A DNA stretch of 64,000 nucleotides from Zancudomyces culisetae HAW-14-8. Its lineage: Eukaryota; Fungi; Kickxellomycota. Location of the stretch: contig JBNJNM010000011.1 of NCBI GenBank assembly GCA_052426225.1, positions 2,666,001 through 2,730,000 of the forward strand. Direction: 5' to 3'. A program made the position numbers and the translations under genes. Every line of letters starts with the position of its first letter. Position 1 is the first letter of the stretch. Under the pieces are notes generated by a model, which was given only the letters and a program-made list of their open reading frames with translations, made no database searches and was not told where the DNA came from. Positions 1 through 12,062 of this stretch are shown one piece after another.

Positions 1-74
1 AAATAGATTCGCACCACCAACGATCGCGGAAAGCAAAATACATGGAAAATAACATTTTCTCGATTTTTACATTC

Positions 75-83
75 TTTCGCGCG
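75..83. promoter_or_regulatory. E2F/SCB/MCB-like cell-cycle element (TTTCGCGCG)
   Basis: CpG-rich motif in an AT-rich intergenic region about 750 nt upstream of the TOS4-like gene. It may instead serve a gene left of the window. Confidence 0.3.
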
Positions 84-835
84 TTTTTCAACTACGATGA
101 ATTACAAAAAAAAAAGGTCGCAAGTTATTCATCCTGGTAACTAAAGGTGCGCTATGAAAAATCAGCGAGGTTTACCTTATTGAAAAAAAGGTAAAAAGGA
201 ACAGGTAATATTACAACTGAATGAAAAGCAGTATGTAAAACATTATTAGAAAGCAATTGGATAACTCGTGGGGAGGTCAAAAAAGGGCCCCCAACCAGAC
301 AAATAGGGCAAAATCAAAATAAAAAGGCTAAACATACCAATGTTCTGAACATTGTGATGCGCACCATGTTTTGCGGGAGCGAAAAATGGAAATGCAATTC
401 AACATGTAAATAAGTTGGCGTATTTTTTATTTTTGTGGTTCAAAGTTGCAAAAAAAAAAACACCAGCAAACGTGGTGTGTTTAAAAATATCGATTTTGGT
501 TTTGAATGTATACACTTGGATATTAAGTGGCCTAAAATTTCTTAACAACCTTTCGCTGTTACCACTTTTTTTTTTCCATTCAAAGCACTAGTATTTAAAT
601 AGACAAAGAAAGTACATGTATCAATACTATACATACAAAAAAAAAGAGAATAAAATTAAAGTTATTGTAGTTTGAAAGTGTTAGTGCGCTCTAGTCTAGT
701 CTATAAAAGGGGAAAGAACGAGAAAATTCCGCACAGTTGGTTTTCAGAGAAACAACAAAGGGGAGCGAGTTGAGCAAGCTATTATCAAAAATTGAATTTA
801 ACTATAATACACAAAGACATACAGAAAGGGTGCAA

Positions 836-2167
836 ATGATAGAGACCAGTCACTATAGAGGTGCAATGGAAACATCCAGGGTGGTAAAGCCCAAGAGCAA
901 ATACTCGCCACAATGCACTGCGGCTAGCGAGGAGAGACTAAGTGTGTACGGCAGTCATATTGTTCGCGAGCAGAATACGGTTATTTTCGGTAATGTAAAG
1001 GTGCCAGTAAAGCTGGGAAGGAGTTCGATGTGTGACTATCAGTTTACTGATGGAACATCTTACCTGAGCAGGTTGCACGCAATAATATTTTACAACGCAT
1101 CTCCAAACAAAGTAAAATACGACAAGAAAGGGTTTTACATTAATGTCATAGGGCTAAATGGCGTTAAGGTTAATGGGCGGCTTTTACTCAAGAACAAAGT
1201 GCACTTTCTGAAGGATGGTGACAAATTGGACTTTATCGGTAATACAATCGAATTCAGAGAACCGAAAAAGCATAAATCCAAAGGAAAGTCAAAAATGAAT
1301 GGACGTTCAAGGTTTAGCTTGGTAGATGAGTTTAACCTAGATTCAGATTTGGGATATGAACTTGAAAAAGAGCTAAATGAAGACGCCTTTGCTGCGCAGG
1401 AGCACCTGGCAGGGGATTATGAGACAGAACAAAGAAAACACCGGTCATATGATTTGGCCAATACATCAAGTATGACTTTGCTTCCCACGTCATCTCATAC
1501 CCCTTACGAATATCAGCGTTCCGATCCGCTTCTATCGTCTGTGTGCGAAAGTGCTGATTATATCGAAATAACAAAGCCGCTTTCCGGCTCTATTTCTCCA
1601 GCTTTCCTCGCATTGTCTTTGGACAAAGGCGTCACTAGCCCCAGATTAGTGGATGATGAACTATCTAGTTGCAAGATCAGCAAAAAGAGAAAGCGGGCTG
1701 GGTGTGGCCAAAATGTAACGAAAAAAAAATCAAAGGAGCTACAGGCTCAAGAAATATGTACAAAAGTTATGTTGTGTGGTGGTATCGTCGATATGCTTGT
1801 CGAAGCTGCAATCTTTTCAGGTCGCTCATCCACTCTTACAATCTCAGATATGATTAAATATCTATGTAAAACACACGGGTCGCTTGGGCAATTAGTGAGC
1901 TCGACGCAGGGGCTCAGTGATTACGAGCTGATGCCAGCAATCACTGAAAAACTGGGCGAGTTGCTGTTGTCGTGCAAGTTTTTTGGAAGAGTCGAAAGAA
2001 ACGTTCTAGATGCAAATGACGAAAAAGCTGAGGATCAGTTCTATTATATTCCACACTTGGATGATAACGAAACCAGAAGAAGCACGTATGGACCACTTGT
2101 AAAAACCGCTAGAAGATGTACTTTATCAGATAAACAATATTATTTTAAGCCAGTTTCCCTAAAATGA
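836..2167 (+). CDS. TOS4: FHA-domain G1/S transcriptional regulator, Tos4/Plm2-like
   Basis: FHA motifs (KLGRSS...LSRLHA...GLNGVKVNG) and a Tos4-type C-terminus (DANDEKAEDQFYYIPHLDDN..R...RRC...KQYYFKP). First in-frame ATG is at 836; the ORF track start at 737 is a TTG. Confidence 0.75.
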   Translation: MIETSHYRGAMETSRVVKPKSKYSPQCTAASEERLSVYGSHIVREQNTVIFGNVKVPVKLGRSSMCDYQFTDGTSYLSRLHAIIFYNASPNKVKYDKKGFYINVIGLNGVKVNGRLLLKNKVHFLKDGDKLDFIGNTIEFREPKKHKSKGKSKMNGRSRFSLVDEFNLDSDLGYELEKELNEDAFAAQEHLAGDYETEQRKHRSYDLANTSSMTLLPTSSHTPYEYQRSDPLLSSVCESADYIEITKPLSGSISPAFLALSLDKGVTSPRLVDDELSSCKISKKRKRAGCGQNVTKKKSKELQAQEICTKVMLCGGIVDMLVEAAIFSGRSSTLTISDMIKYLCKTHGSLGQLVSSTQGLSDYELMPAITEKLGELLLSCKFFGRVERNVLDANDEKAEDQFYYIPHLDDNETRRSTYGPLVKTARRCTLSDKQYYFKPVSLK

Positions 2168-2443
2168 TTTTGATTTATTTTTGTTTTTATATAGAATGTA
2201 GCGTACCAAAATATATTATGTATAACCTTAGCATATAATGCTGGATTGAAATATAAACTTTGTTTGGTGTTGTATCATCTTCAGTTTATACTCTACATTA
2301 ATAACCAATCTTCACTCATTCATTCTGCACACACAACCAGTATGGGATTTGCTATTTTAGTATGTCCCTCACCCCACCCCGCCTCCCCATCCGGAAGTTC
2401 AGTGCTATGAAAAGTGGATCGAAAAAGAATGAAATCTATGCTC

Positions 2444-2924
2444 TCAATTTTCATTTTCCTTTGCTGGGGATTTCTGATTAAACTCCATTTCTATCATTTT
2501 ACCCAAATTTGACATCCCGCCGTGGAATGAAACGTATCTCGTGATCTGTACTAACTGGGCCCCGCAGTTGGTCAGATGCATTATAAACAGGAGGTAATTT
2601 CGAGGAGTGACCATCCAGGCAAATCTTGAAAATACCGAAGAATACACTGCGAGTGCCAGCGTCATTTTTCCTGAAATCATTTCGGGTGATTTTTGCGTAT
2701 CAGCAATCGCAGCTACTGGAAGACCCCAGTTTACCACTGGACCCCAAAAGTGGGTGCTATTCCACATTTACCGTGTAGATATAGTTAAAAACCTTGGAAA
2801 TCCAAACCATACGGGAGCTATTTTTAAAACTGACTTTGAATTTATTTTATATGTTAACTAACCTCATCAAGTAGCTCCGGAATTCTTTCGATTTCAATTT
2901 CTCAAATATTCTAAATCTGCTCAT
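2444..2924 (-). CDS. MPC1: Mitochondrial pyruvate carrier 1 (2 exons)
   Basis: Exons 2924-2863 ([21 protein letters not shown]) and 2756-2444; GT-AG intron 2862-2757. Signatures [20 protein letters not shown] and PRNYLLF. Confidence 0.93.
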
Positions 2925-3752
2925 CTTTCGAATAACCAACTATCCAATCTTTACTTTTGATGTTTGCAATAAAAGTATTTTTGTAGACCCTGATTTTTAT
3001 AGTAATTTAAAATTGTACTTTTTTTCGTCTAAAATGGATCTATAATGCGAGTTTACTTTTGTTGGCTATGTGATATACACAGTATAAATATAAATGGAAA
3101 AGTCGAGTAAAAAAAAATAATGTTTTCAGTGTCAGATTTTTGTTTTCGCTTTTTGGCCAATAAGTTTATCCAAATATAATGAAAAAAGTTTGTACATCTT
3201 TGGTTTAGTGCAAAGTCAATTAAATCAGACAGGTTCAAGTGGTTAAAAAAAACTGTAACAACCCCTTCTTCAGTTTTCAGACTTTTTTTACCACTCTATT
3301 TCCAATTTTTTAATTAGCTTTTTAATGAGACCTGAAACGTGAATAACAACCAGAGCTAAATCACTAACAAATCTAGTGGATCTGGCTCGAGAAGTAGAAT
3401 AGCTGCATACTTTTGCGTATTGGCAAATGGGAAATGCTCACAACCCAAGTTGGCCAGTGAAAATACCTAACAGCCGAATTTTTGTTACACAAAGTCAGTA
3501 TGTTTTTAGGTTTCTCTTTTTAAAGTGCGGCTATTCGCCAAACTTTGTTCCGAATTAATTTTTTTTTCGTGTTCTTTTTTTTTTCTAGGTTAGTTTTGTG
3601 GATTCAAAAAACAGTTGCCAAAAAAAAAAGAAGCAATAAATTGGGATAAAGCATTGATGTATCTGAGCGCTAATGACTACACGATGACATCACAGCGGTT
3701 AGTTCAAGTAAATAATGTACACAAGATAAATAAGCTAAAGTACAGCACCGAT

Positions 3753-5629
3753 CTAGAGCTCGGGTAACAGTATAAATATTCTAGTTCCACAGGTCATTAG
3801 TAATCCAAAGTAATAAGACAAATTCGCACCAAAACCTAAGCTTATGAAAGTCAGGTTTGTCCTATTATACGTGCTAAGCATTGCATCCCCCATATCTAAA
3901 GCAAGGTTATGCTTTAGCTGTAAGTAAGATGCCTCTCGCATGCTATACACTCTGAGAACTCCTTCGTTTGAAACTCTGCATAGATATTTCGAATTCATTA
4001 AAGTAAAAAGTGAAAACTCGCCATTCACATGATTCTCAGCATTATTATCACTAAGGATTCTAACCATACAGGTAGGATTATATCGTTTATTGATAGAGAC
4101 TCTGTACACTGATCCGTTACTATAACAAAGTAGTATCGATGTTTCTGTGCTATTCCCAGCGACCTTATCCACGTACAATTTTGCAAGGGAACTGTTGGTA
4201 GGCAGATGATTCAACATGTCGTTATTGGGCCATTGGATCGATTTAAACATATTCTGTACATTTTTACTCTTGGAGGTTGTGTCATATTCGATTTTAAGCA
4301 GTCTACCATTCCTTAATCCACAAATGCATACCACAACGCTACTCCCCGCGGGTTTCGTGCATTCCGACGAGAGAACCACGGTAGATAAAACGTCAGACTC
4401 TGTTTTAATGTTGAACAATACTTCAATATTGGCCACATAAAAATCCTTAAACACCCCATAACCATCATATATCTCAAGTACTTTTAATTCCAACAATTGA
4501 ACAGATCTGTTTGCTCCGATTAATACAAACCCTTTCGAAATTCTATTTTGCAAATAAAACGATTTGACCTTCTCGGGTACTGGGTAATAATCAATAGAAA
4601 AAACGCTCCTTTTATCAACTTCGTGAACCAATCTGTATGTATCAGCACCAAATACGCCTAAGAACAGTCTTCCACCAGCATCAGCATTTCCAAGTGTACA
4701 ATAAATGTACAGGTTTGCTGTTAGCTGCTTGATTTCGCAAACTTTGCCGGAAGTTGAACCCAGGCTGTACTCCCCATCAGGTATAGAAATATGGGTGTTA
4801 TTCATTTTTTCTTTATCGAGTTGTTTGGAAAGGGTATTTATGTTCATTTGAAGTAGTATACCAGAACTGGTACCTACAAGCAGGATGTTGGGTTCTTCAG
4901 CGATGAAAATAGTCGAAATTTCAAAGGAGTCACCACTGACTGATCTTGGAAGAATGACTTGGTAGTCCAGTTCTATTTTGTTTTTCAAATTTGTCACCAA
5001 AAGCAGATCCCTTTTAACACGAGTAGCCATACTATTTTCTGGCGAGATTTGCCTTTTAAAATTGCGAATATATTCTTGAATCTTTAATACAGGTATTGTT
5101 TTCGCTCTCACCTTCACCTCCATCTCCTTTATTCTGTTGACCTTTTTACATTTTCGACCGCTTTTTTTGCTGATCTTGGAAAATAATTGGAGCTTATCCC
5201 TTATGCTCTGGTTGGCCGACCTATCATCTTTATTGGCACTCTTTGAGCTTTGTGGCGAGGTACAAACACCTTTTGTAACATTCTTGATATCTTTTCCGTC
5301 CTTGTTGTACCCATAGTACAGCTCTTGCATCGTTCCAGAAGCAACCGGTAATTTATGTAGTTCTTTGATTGAGTAATATCGATTAGTTGCCTCATCATAC
5401 ACAAATCCTGGAAGTACCAATTTGTTTTTACATGACCCTGCGTTATTTTTATCTTTCGTGTTCGTGCTTGCCTCGATATTTATGTTCGCATTCGTTTGGT
5501 CTTCTAGTTAATATCAAATTCAAGTTAATAAATAAAAATAAGGTTATATGCTCATAGTTATAAAATAAATGGATTTGATCCCAACTTTTTTATACGATAC
5601 AACACCTTTTTTCTTTTGAGCTCTTTCAT
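3753..5629 (-). CDS. WD40-like beta-propeller protein, DCAF4/WDR21-like (putative CUL4-DDB1 substrate receptor)
   Basis: N-terminal LPGFVYDEATNRYY resembles the DCAF4 motif (LPGFYYDxEKxRYF); the rest is beta-rich with degenerate WD repeats (ICGLRNGRL). The frame stays open up to a TAACTAG acceptor at 5504. First exon 5629-5596 is tentative, so the start is uncertain. Confidence 0.6.
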
Positions 5630-6079
5630 TTCGGCGATTTACTCGGTTTGGTGTTCGTTTCATTATATATTGATCTTAATAAGGACTGATAGATTTATCT
5701 GCGAACCTCATGGGTATAATGGAATATATGCTTTTAGTTGCTAAAAGAGGTAAAACTAGCACATAGTATGAATGTTGTAGATTATTTTACTTTTGTATTT
5801 GCCAACATGAAAATTTTCGCTGCACAACTAGTAAAATAAAATCCCAGCCATTTAGGATAGCGATCTGCATTTGTGGGCGTTTTAGTTTAGAAATGAGGTC
5901 CCAAGTCTCTCGCAACAAAGAAAGACAAAAGGTAGCTAAAGATGTAACGCACTCAAATTTGTACAAGTCGCAAACCATAAAAACTTATTTATTTCATTAT
6001 TAAGTGGTAGGTAAAATATTAGAATACGCGAAAAAGGTAACATGGCTCTAAACTCAGCAATAAAAAAAAGGCCTAAACA

Positions 6080-6901
6080 TTAAGCATTTTTTAGGTATTT
6101 TTTCTCGTACTCATCAATTTGCTTGCTGCTGTTAGAAATAGTGAGTTGAAACAGAAAACCGGCGATTAAAATTATCAGTGGGAGTGTCCAGCAGAAAATT
6201 TCACCAAACCCATAATGAACGCTGGAGTAAGAAACATACGAGCCAACAATAAAAAGCAAAATATAGATGGCTTTTGAAATTAGCGAAAATGTGGGTTTTC
6301 CCACTGTCATCAAAACAAGCTGAATCGAAAGCACTGAGTATTCGCAGAATAAAAGAGCATTTGGGGTTCTTATTGACAGGTTTATAAACGGAACCTTTGG
6401 GTAAGAATCCTCTGCACTGGATGTGATAATCTCGCCTGCAAAGATTACATACCTAAACAAGAGCGACGATCCAATTATTATTTTACGAAAAGGTATATAA
6501 TGGAAAATTTATTGCACAGATATAAACATTTCTTATTTCTTACATTGATAGCACAAAGGTGCACATGATGACCACAAATTTCTAGTTACGAATTAAGCGA
6601 AAAGTAATCAGTGACATCTAGCATTTTACAGTTGAAAGTAACGAATTTAGAATAGATTTGAAGGCTTACCGAGATTATGTTTACATCTTTATTAAACTCG
6701 TCTCTAAGTTTCTTGATTTTCTCTTCTACCTCTATTGATAGTCAACGTAATTTATAGAAATAATGTTTTTGAATTCTCGAATCTTATTACCTAAAAAGCT
6801 CGTTTTTTACCTTCTTTTTGGTCCGCGCGCAATGATACCTTTTCGGAACCACCTTCTGCTTTTGGTCTCGATCTTAATTTTTGTTTAGTTTCTTGTTTCA
6901 T
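6080..6901 (-). CDS. Uncharacterised multi-pass membrane protein (4 exons, about 187 aa)
   Basis: Phase-consistent GT-AG splicing of exons 6901-6811, 6731-6670, 6581-6544 and 6452-6080. Charged N-terminus, several hydrophobic segments, C-terminus YEKKYLKNA. Confidence 0.6.
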
Positions 6902-8157
6902 TTCTTGGGATACAGATTTGTAAAGTGACTTTAAAACCGGTGAAAATATAGACCGCTAAAACTTTTGCAAAGAAGGCGAAAATAAGGAAGTATAAGTATC
7001 AGTATTTTTCAAAAATTGTTTTTAAGGTTCTTGACTCCAGTATTTAAGCCCCCCTATTTTTTTGGTGGCGGGTTGGATGACACATCGATTGTTTGAATAT
7101 TTATTGGCGGAATTAAGTTTATTCGATCTTTTTCTCTTTTTTCTTTCTTTTTTTTCAATAATTGGGTAGAGCTCATAACACGCTTCAGCTAGTTCTTGGC
7201 TTAGCATTGTGATTTCTGTGTAAAGTGGATCGCCTCAACAAGATATGTGCAAAGAAATCAAACCCCCACGAGAATTTGCTGAACATGTTTTTCCCGCCAT
7301 TACCCAACCCCTAGTTTTGCAAGTACAGGATGTATCAAAGGGTATTTCCAGTTGAAGATGACCCGAGCTTTTATCCCAATACAAACACAAACGATATTCT
7401 CAGTATTACCTACATTTCCAGATACACAGATAGTAGTTATTCTTTGTTTTGCACATTGAATAGGTATATTTTGTAAACTTTCAGATAGATCTCCTCTCCC
7501 TCTCCCATCCCCTCCTATCCACTTTTTCTTCACCGCGAGTATTATTATCTATTTTTAGTGATTAAGCACTACTAATTTACTCATCTGCAGTGTTTTTGGA
7601 GAATATCCCATTGAAAAAAAAAACACACGCCACTAATTCCAGACAAAATGCTGTATCTAATTGCTAATATCTCTGTGCCTTGAAGAAACGGTAATATCTG
7701 CACTCTGCAATACAGATTTTCACTGCACCCCAGAACAATATTGGAGAGCAGTGTAAGTAAAAAGCTTTTTTGCATCAAGTATTCAGCTGAAATGCCCACC
7801 TAGATTTTTTCTTGTTTATCTAGACTTTATTTATTTCGTTAACAGCACAATCTAGAGCAGTTTTTGTTTGGAAAAATGTATCATAGAATTGAAAAGTGTT
7901 TTCCCCTCTCCCAATAGGCCGATTTTATGATTTTGGTAATAATTCAGTACAATTAAAGCAAGGGCAAGTAAAAAGAGGGGAAAAATTGAAACCAAGAGTG
8001 GGAGGTAAAAACATAAATACTGCATCTTTCCCGAGAACCAGGAGTGAAATATTTGAATTATCAACTAACTTTTTGTCTTGTTTAACTTTGGGAACAGAAA
8101 ATTCGATTTTTAGCTGGTACATATTAAAAACACAGGAACACGAAAACCAAATGAACC

Positions 8158-9564
8158 ATGCTCCAAAAAGGCAACCATACTGAGATACCCCAATCGCGGG
8201 AGAGTACACAAACTATTAGCACAGATGCAGAGGCTCACGAGCGAGCAAGCGACGAAATCAGATCTCAGAATCTGTATGAGATGTGGTCCAGGACGAATTC
8301 GCTTGAAGAGGAGGACCAGCCTGAGATATCTTTTGAAGATGATTTAGTCAAATATGCAAAACCTCACGGATTAAAACATGTGATCCTCGTATCTATATTT
8401 TTGGTGGTATGTTTAATATCTTATGTGTGTCAGACATTCATCGTACAAAAACTTCAGAAAGAAGGAGACTATAAGTCACCCTACGTTGTACTATACATAT
8501 CTCATTCATTTTGGCTACTCATATTGCCAATCCAATCTGCGATAGACCACATCAACTCAAACAAAAGTTTTGCGGAAATGTTAAAAATGTATAAAGATAT
8601 CCTAGTCATAGGCTGTACAAAATTATACGTGGAGAATTTGAAAAGATCCGGCAGTCCCGTCGGTGGCGATAATGTTGAATACAATGCGATAGTTTTGAGC
8701 GAGCACTTGGAAAGCGGAGCGCACATCCGGGACCGCGCAAGTGTTATGCACACAAAAAACCTATTAGACGAGCGGGCTTTTGGTTATGCAAACCTGAAAA
8801 ACGTGATGATCTACGTGGCAGGAGTGGCGCTTTGGCTCTCCTACCTCTTGAATGTTTCTTCATACTTGTGGTATACTGCGGTAAATTTCACCAGTTTGTC
8901 AAAGGTAACCGCATTATACAACACATCCTGCTTCTTTGCTTACCTGTTCAGCATATTTATACTAAACGAGCAAATAAGGCTTTCCAAAAACTTTGCTGTG
9001 TTTTTCAGTATACTGGGTGTATTAGCAATGACTCTGTTTGATACTAACGATGAAACCCCATCCAACTCTAAAGGCACCAATGAAGGAATTGGAGATATGA
9101 TGAGTTTGGTTTGTGCATGTGGCGTAGGTTTATACCAAGTCCTGTATTCCAAGTTTGCGAACCCCATTAACTTTCATTCCATATACTTTATAAACTTTGT
9201 TACATCGCTACTGGGAGTAGCCACACTTCTTCTCGGCTGGATTCCCATCCCGCTTTTGCATTTCTTAAATCTAGAACCCTTCACTCTTCCTACGGCACAA
9301 CAGCTGAACTTTATACTAATTAATGCAGCTTTGGGAATAGCATATAATGCGTCATTTCTAATACTTTTGAGCCTAACCTCACCGTTGTTTGCCGCTGTTA
9401 GTGTTTTGCTAACCATTCCTATTGTCTCAATACTAGACATGGTTTTTATTACACATGCTCTATCTGTTACCCTGATCGCGGGATGTTTTTTAATATGCTG
9501 CGGATTTGCATTGCTAGCATATTCACAATACCACGAGATGCGTATAGCTCGCACTCCTCACTAA
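8158..9564 (+). CDS. Drug/metabolite (DMT/EamA) transporter, SLC35F-like
   Basis: 468-aa ORF with about 10 hydrophobic helices; motifs YKSPYVVLYISHS, TALYNTSCFFAYLFS and LSLTSPLFAAV..LLTIP typical of SLC35F/Thi74-like proteins. Confidence 0.85.
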   Translation: MLQKGNHTEIPQSRESTQTISTDAEAHERASDEIRSQNLYEMWSRTNSLEEEDQPEISFEDDLVKYAKPHGLKHVILVSIFLVVCLISYVCQTFIVQKLQKEGDYKSPYVVLYISHSFWLLILPIQSAIDHINSNKSFAEMLKMYKDILVIGCTKLYVENLKRSGSPVGGDNVEYNAIVLSEHLESGAHIRDRASVMHTKNLLDERAFGYANLKNVMIYVAGVALWLSYLLNVSSYLWYTAVNFTSLSKVTALYNTSCFFAYLFSIFILNEQIRLSKNFAVFFSILGVLAMTLFDTNDETPSNSKGTNEGIGDMMSLVCACGVGLYQVLYSKFANPINFHSIYFINFVTSLLGVATLLLGWIPIPLLHFLNLEPFTLPTAQQLNFILINAALGIAYNASFLILLSLTSPLFAAVSVLLTIPIVSILDMVFITHALSVTLIAGCFLICCGFALLAYSQYHEMRIARTPH

Positions 9565-10001
9565 TCTAGAATGCTGTGTGTTGGCTAATATTTTTTCTTT
9601 TCTGTTTTGTTCTAGTTAGGTCAAGTACCCTGTAAACCTGTTTGTATTATTATTATATTCAGCAATAAAGCTTTTTAACAGCCCAGAAAAGATGTTACAT
9701 TTGATGGTATTATAATGATTAAAGATTGTATACTTTAGAGCCTAATGTTTTTTCACCAAAGGCGTAATGTAAATAAAGCGCTAATAAAACAAAAATTAAT
9801 ATACTTTTCTAAATGCAAGCAGATGTATGTATATAATTGCATTTAAATTAATATGTTAGAAACACAAGTGTGCTGCAAATTATGCACCACTTGTGCAACA
9901 ACAGCTTATCAGTTAATTACTTTAAGGGTAAGCCTGTGGATTCAATGAGTACCATTAAAAGCCCATCACTTTAGAGTAATTGTAGTTAGTGGAAATAAAC
10001 G

Positions 10002-10009
10002 TATAAATA
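10002..10009 (+). promoter_or_regulatory. TATA box of the secreted orphan gene
   Basis: TATAAATA about 150 nt upstream of the ATG at 10155. Confidence 0.4.
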
Positions 10010-10154
10010 CTCACTGTTTTGTATTGATACTTCTACATTATCAACACATCTTACTTTAGTTTATTAAAAGAAATATACCTTTAAACATCAAAAGCAAAGC
10101 TGAAGGGTTTTCCCAATAAAAAGATTCGTATTTTTGGCACAAAAACAAATTAAA

Positions 10155-11084
10155 ATGGTTTGCGGTAACAAAATCAAGGTTTTTGCTTCTATGGCACTGT
10201 GGACATCCCTTGTACTTCCTCAAGGTGTTCAGGTAGATCAAGCTGTTGTTCTAGAACCAAATGTCAATGTCAACAGACAAGGTGTATCTGCTTCTAACGA
10301 CACCCACTATGTTAGTAACTCTTCAACAACCGATCAACAGCCCATTCAATCTTCCGCAAAGATAAAATACATCAAGAGTGGCCAAGAAACAGGTAACAGC
10401 ACCTCAGCTTCTGTTCCCCCAAACACTGATACCTACCAAGAATCAACGAATAACACTTCATACACCTATCCAACAAACTCTGGGTCATACACCATTGGGA
10501 ATATACATCGCGTTTACATCAATACGGGTGCTGCATCATCAGTAAATGCAACCCAAATGACAAATGGTACAATGTATGGTACATACGAGTATACAATAGC
10601 CGAACAAGCAGAAGTTGCTCCCGAAAACAAAACGTCTACCCCCACACCACCATCAAACACTACATCGGAAATCGTAGCTCAAAATCCTATTAGTGAGCAA
10701 GTTTATTCCTATCCTCAATACCCTGCTGATGGTCAAGGTAATGTGATTCATTTGAACTCAACGAACCAAGGGCTGCTGAATAACTTGTTTACTAATGCCA
10801 ATGGACCAATGACCGTTGTGGTCGACAAAACAAAAATCAACGAATCCACAGACAATAACGGAAGACCCATTATCAATACAAACTATGATATCGTTTTGAT
10901 TACATATAACCCTAATGGCACAATAGCCACTGCTAGCGTACCACAAAGTTATAATTCAACATCTAGTGAAGAGCAGGAAAGTGGTATCCAAGTGAACAAT
11001 ACTAATGTGCAGTCAGTCTATCCGGTAGCGAATCTGGAAGCTGCGAGTGAACAGGATATCCCAACTGTTAATACACTTGCTTAA
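10155..11084 (+). CDS. Secreted Asn/Thr/Ser/Gln-rich glycoprotein, unknown family
   Basis: ATG at 10155 followed by a signal-peptide-like segment (MVCGNKIKVFASMALWTSLVLPQG); many N-x-S/T sequons; uninterrupted 309-aa frame. Confidence 0.75.
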   Translation: MVCGNKIKVFASMALWTSLVLPQGVQVDQAVVLEPNVNVNRQGVSASNDTHYVSNSSTTDQQPIQSSAKIKYIKSGQETGNSTSASVPPNTDTYQESTNNTSYTYPTNSGSYTIGNIHRVYINTGAASSVNATQMTNGTMYGTYEYTIAEQAEVAPENKTSTPTPPSNTTSEIVAQNPISEQVYSYPQYPADGQGNVIHLNSTNQGLLNNLFTNANGPMTVVVDKTKINESTDNNGRPIINTNYDIVLITYNPNGTIATASVPQSYNSTSSEEQESGIQVNNTNVQSVYPVANLEAASEQDIPTVNTLA

Positions 11085-12062
11085 CCACAAATTTTTGCGT
11101 AAATATTAGCTGTTGCTTTCCTTATAAAAGTCGATAGCTTAAATTTTTATTAAACTTTTCTTTGTTAAAAATGGTTGTAGTGCCAGTTGGCAATACTAAT
11201 AAAAATAGCAAAAAGCTTAAAAGTGATCTATTAAAACAGGCGTGGATGGTGTCTATAATTGATAGACGGTATATTGTGAGCAATAACAATTAGAATATAC
11301 ATGCACCCAATTCTTCATTGCTCAAACATAAAAAAGCTTTGTTCGCGAGCTCCGGTCAGCTAGAAGTAGTTTGCCCTGGGTATGTAAACTGATACATAGC
11401 TTGGTTATTATGAGAAGTTCAGTTATTAGCTGCCAATAGTCATACAGAACAGGGATGGAGGTTCAGATGATAAAATGTACATTCCCATGGCCTTTTACCT
11501 TATGTTCATGTGGAGTCCAAAGATATTCCGAAAAAACTGCAATTAGAAGCTAGAGATATCGAAACTATCACAGGATCGACTATGTTAAAATGTCTAGGGG
11601 CAGCTGCTGACAGCTTGGCGTGGAAAAATATTTTCAGGCCAAATACATTGTTAAGGCTGAAACCAATATGGTAACAAATCAAGGAAAAGTGATCCACTTG
11701 AAACAATAGATAAGAGCACGCTTATTATTACGTAACACTCTGGTCTGAGCAAAGCAAACTAAAACAAGAAAATTTTCACAGTTTGGTCTACGGATTTTCA
11801 TTCTGGGAAACTTATTGCCATGTATTTAGTAGTTAACCACAAAACCCTGACCTTGGTAAATCCTGTACTAAGCTTTATATGAAAAGGGGTGAGTGACAAA
11901 CCATTACCTCTTTCTTTTAATAATAATACTATTATTATTTTGGTATACTAGGCAATACATGTCATTTTTTTGCGAAAAATACGACAGTAGGCTTTGAATT
12001 TGGATATAAAGAGGTAAAGAAATCGGACCACTGGTTTAGCTAACTATACTTTTCAATTCAAA

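Noticed and set aside
11490-11498. GCCTTTTAC matching U5 snRNA loop I
   Set aside because: No convincing closing stem or Sm site in the right position.
11588-11708. Possible selenoprotein frame (MSRGSC-TGA-QLGVEKYF...), looked for because some early-diverging fungi use Sec
   Set aside because: No resemblance to a selenoprotein family I know, and no SECIS-like element was recognisable downstream.
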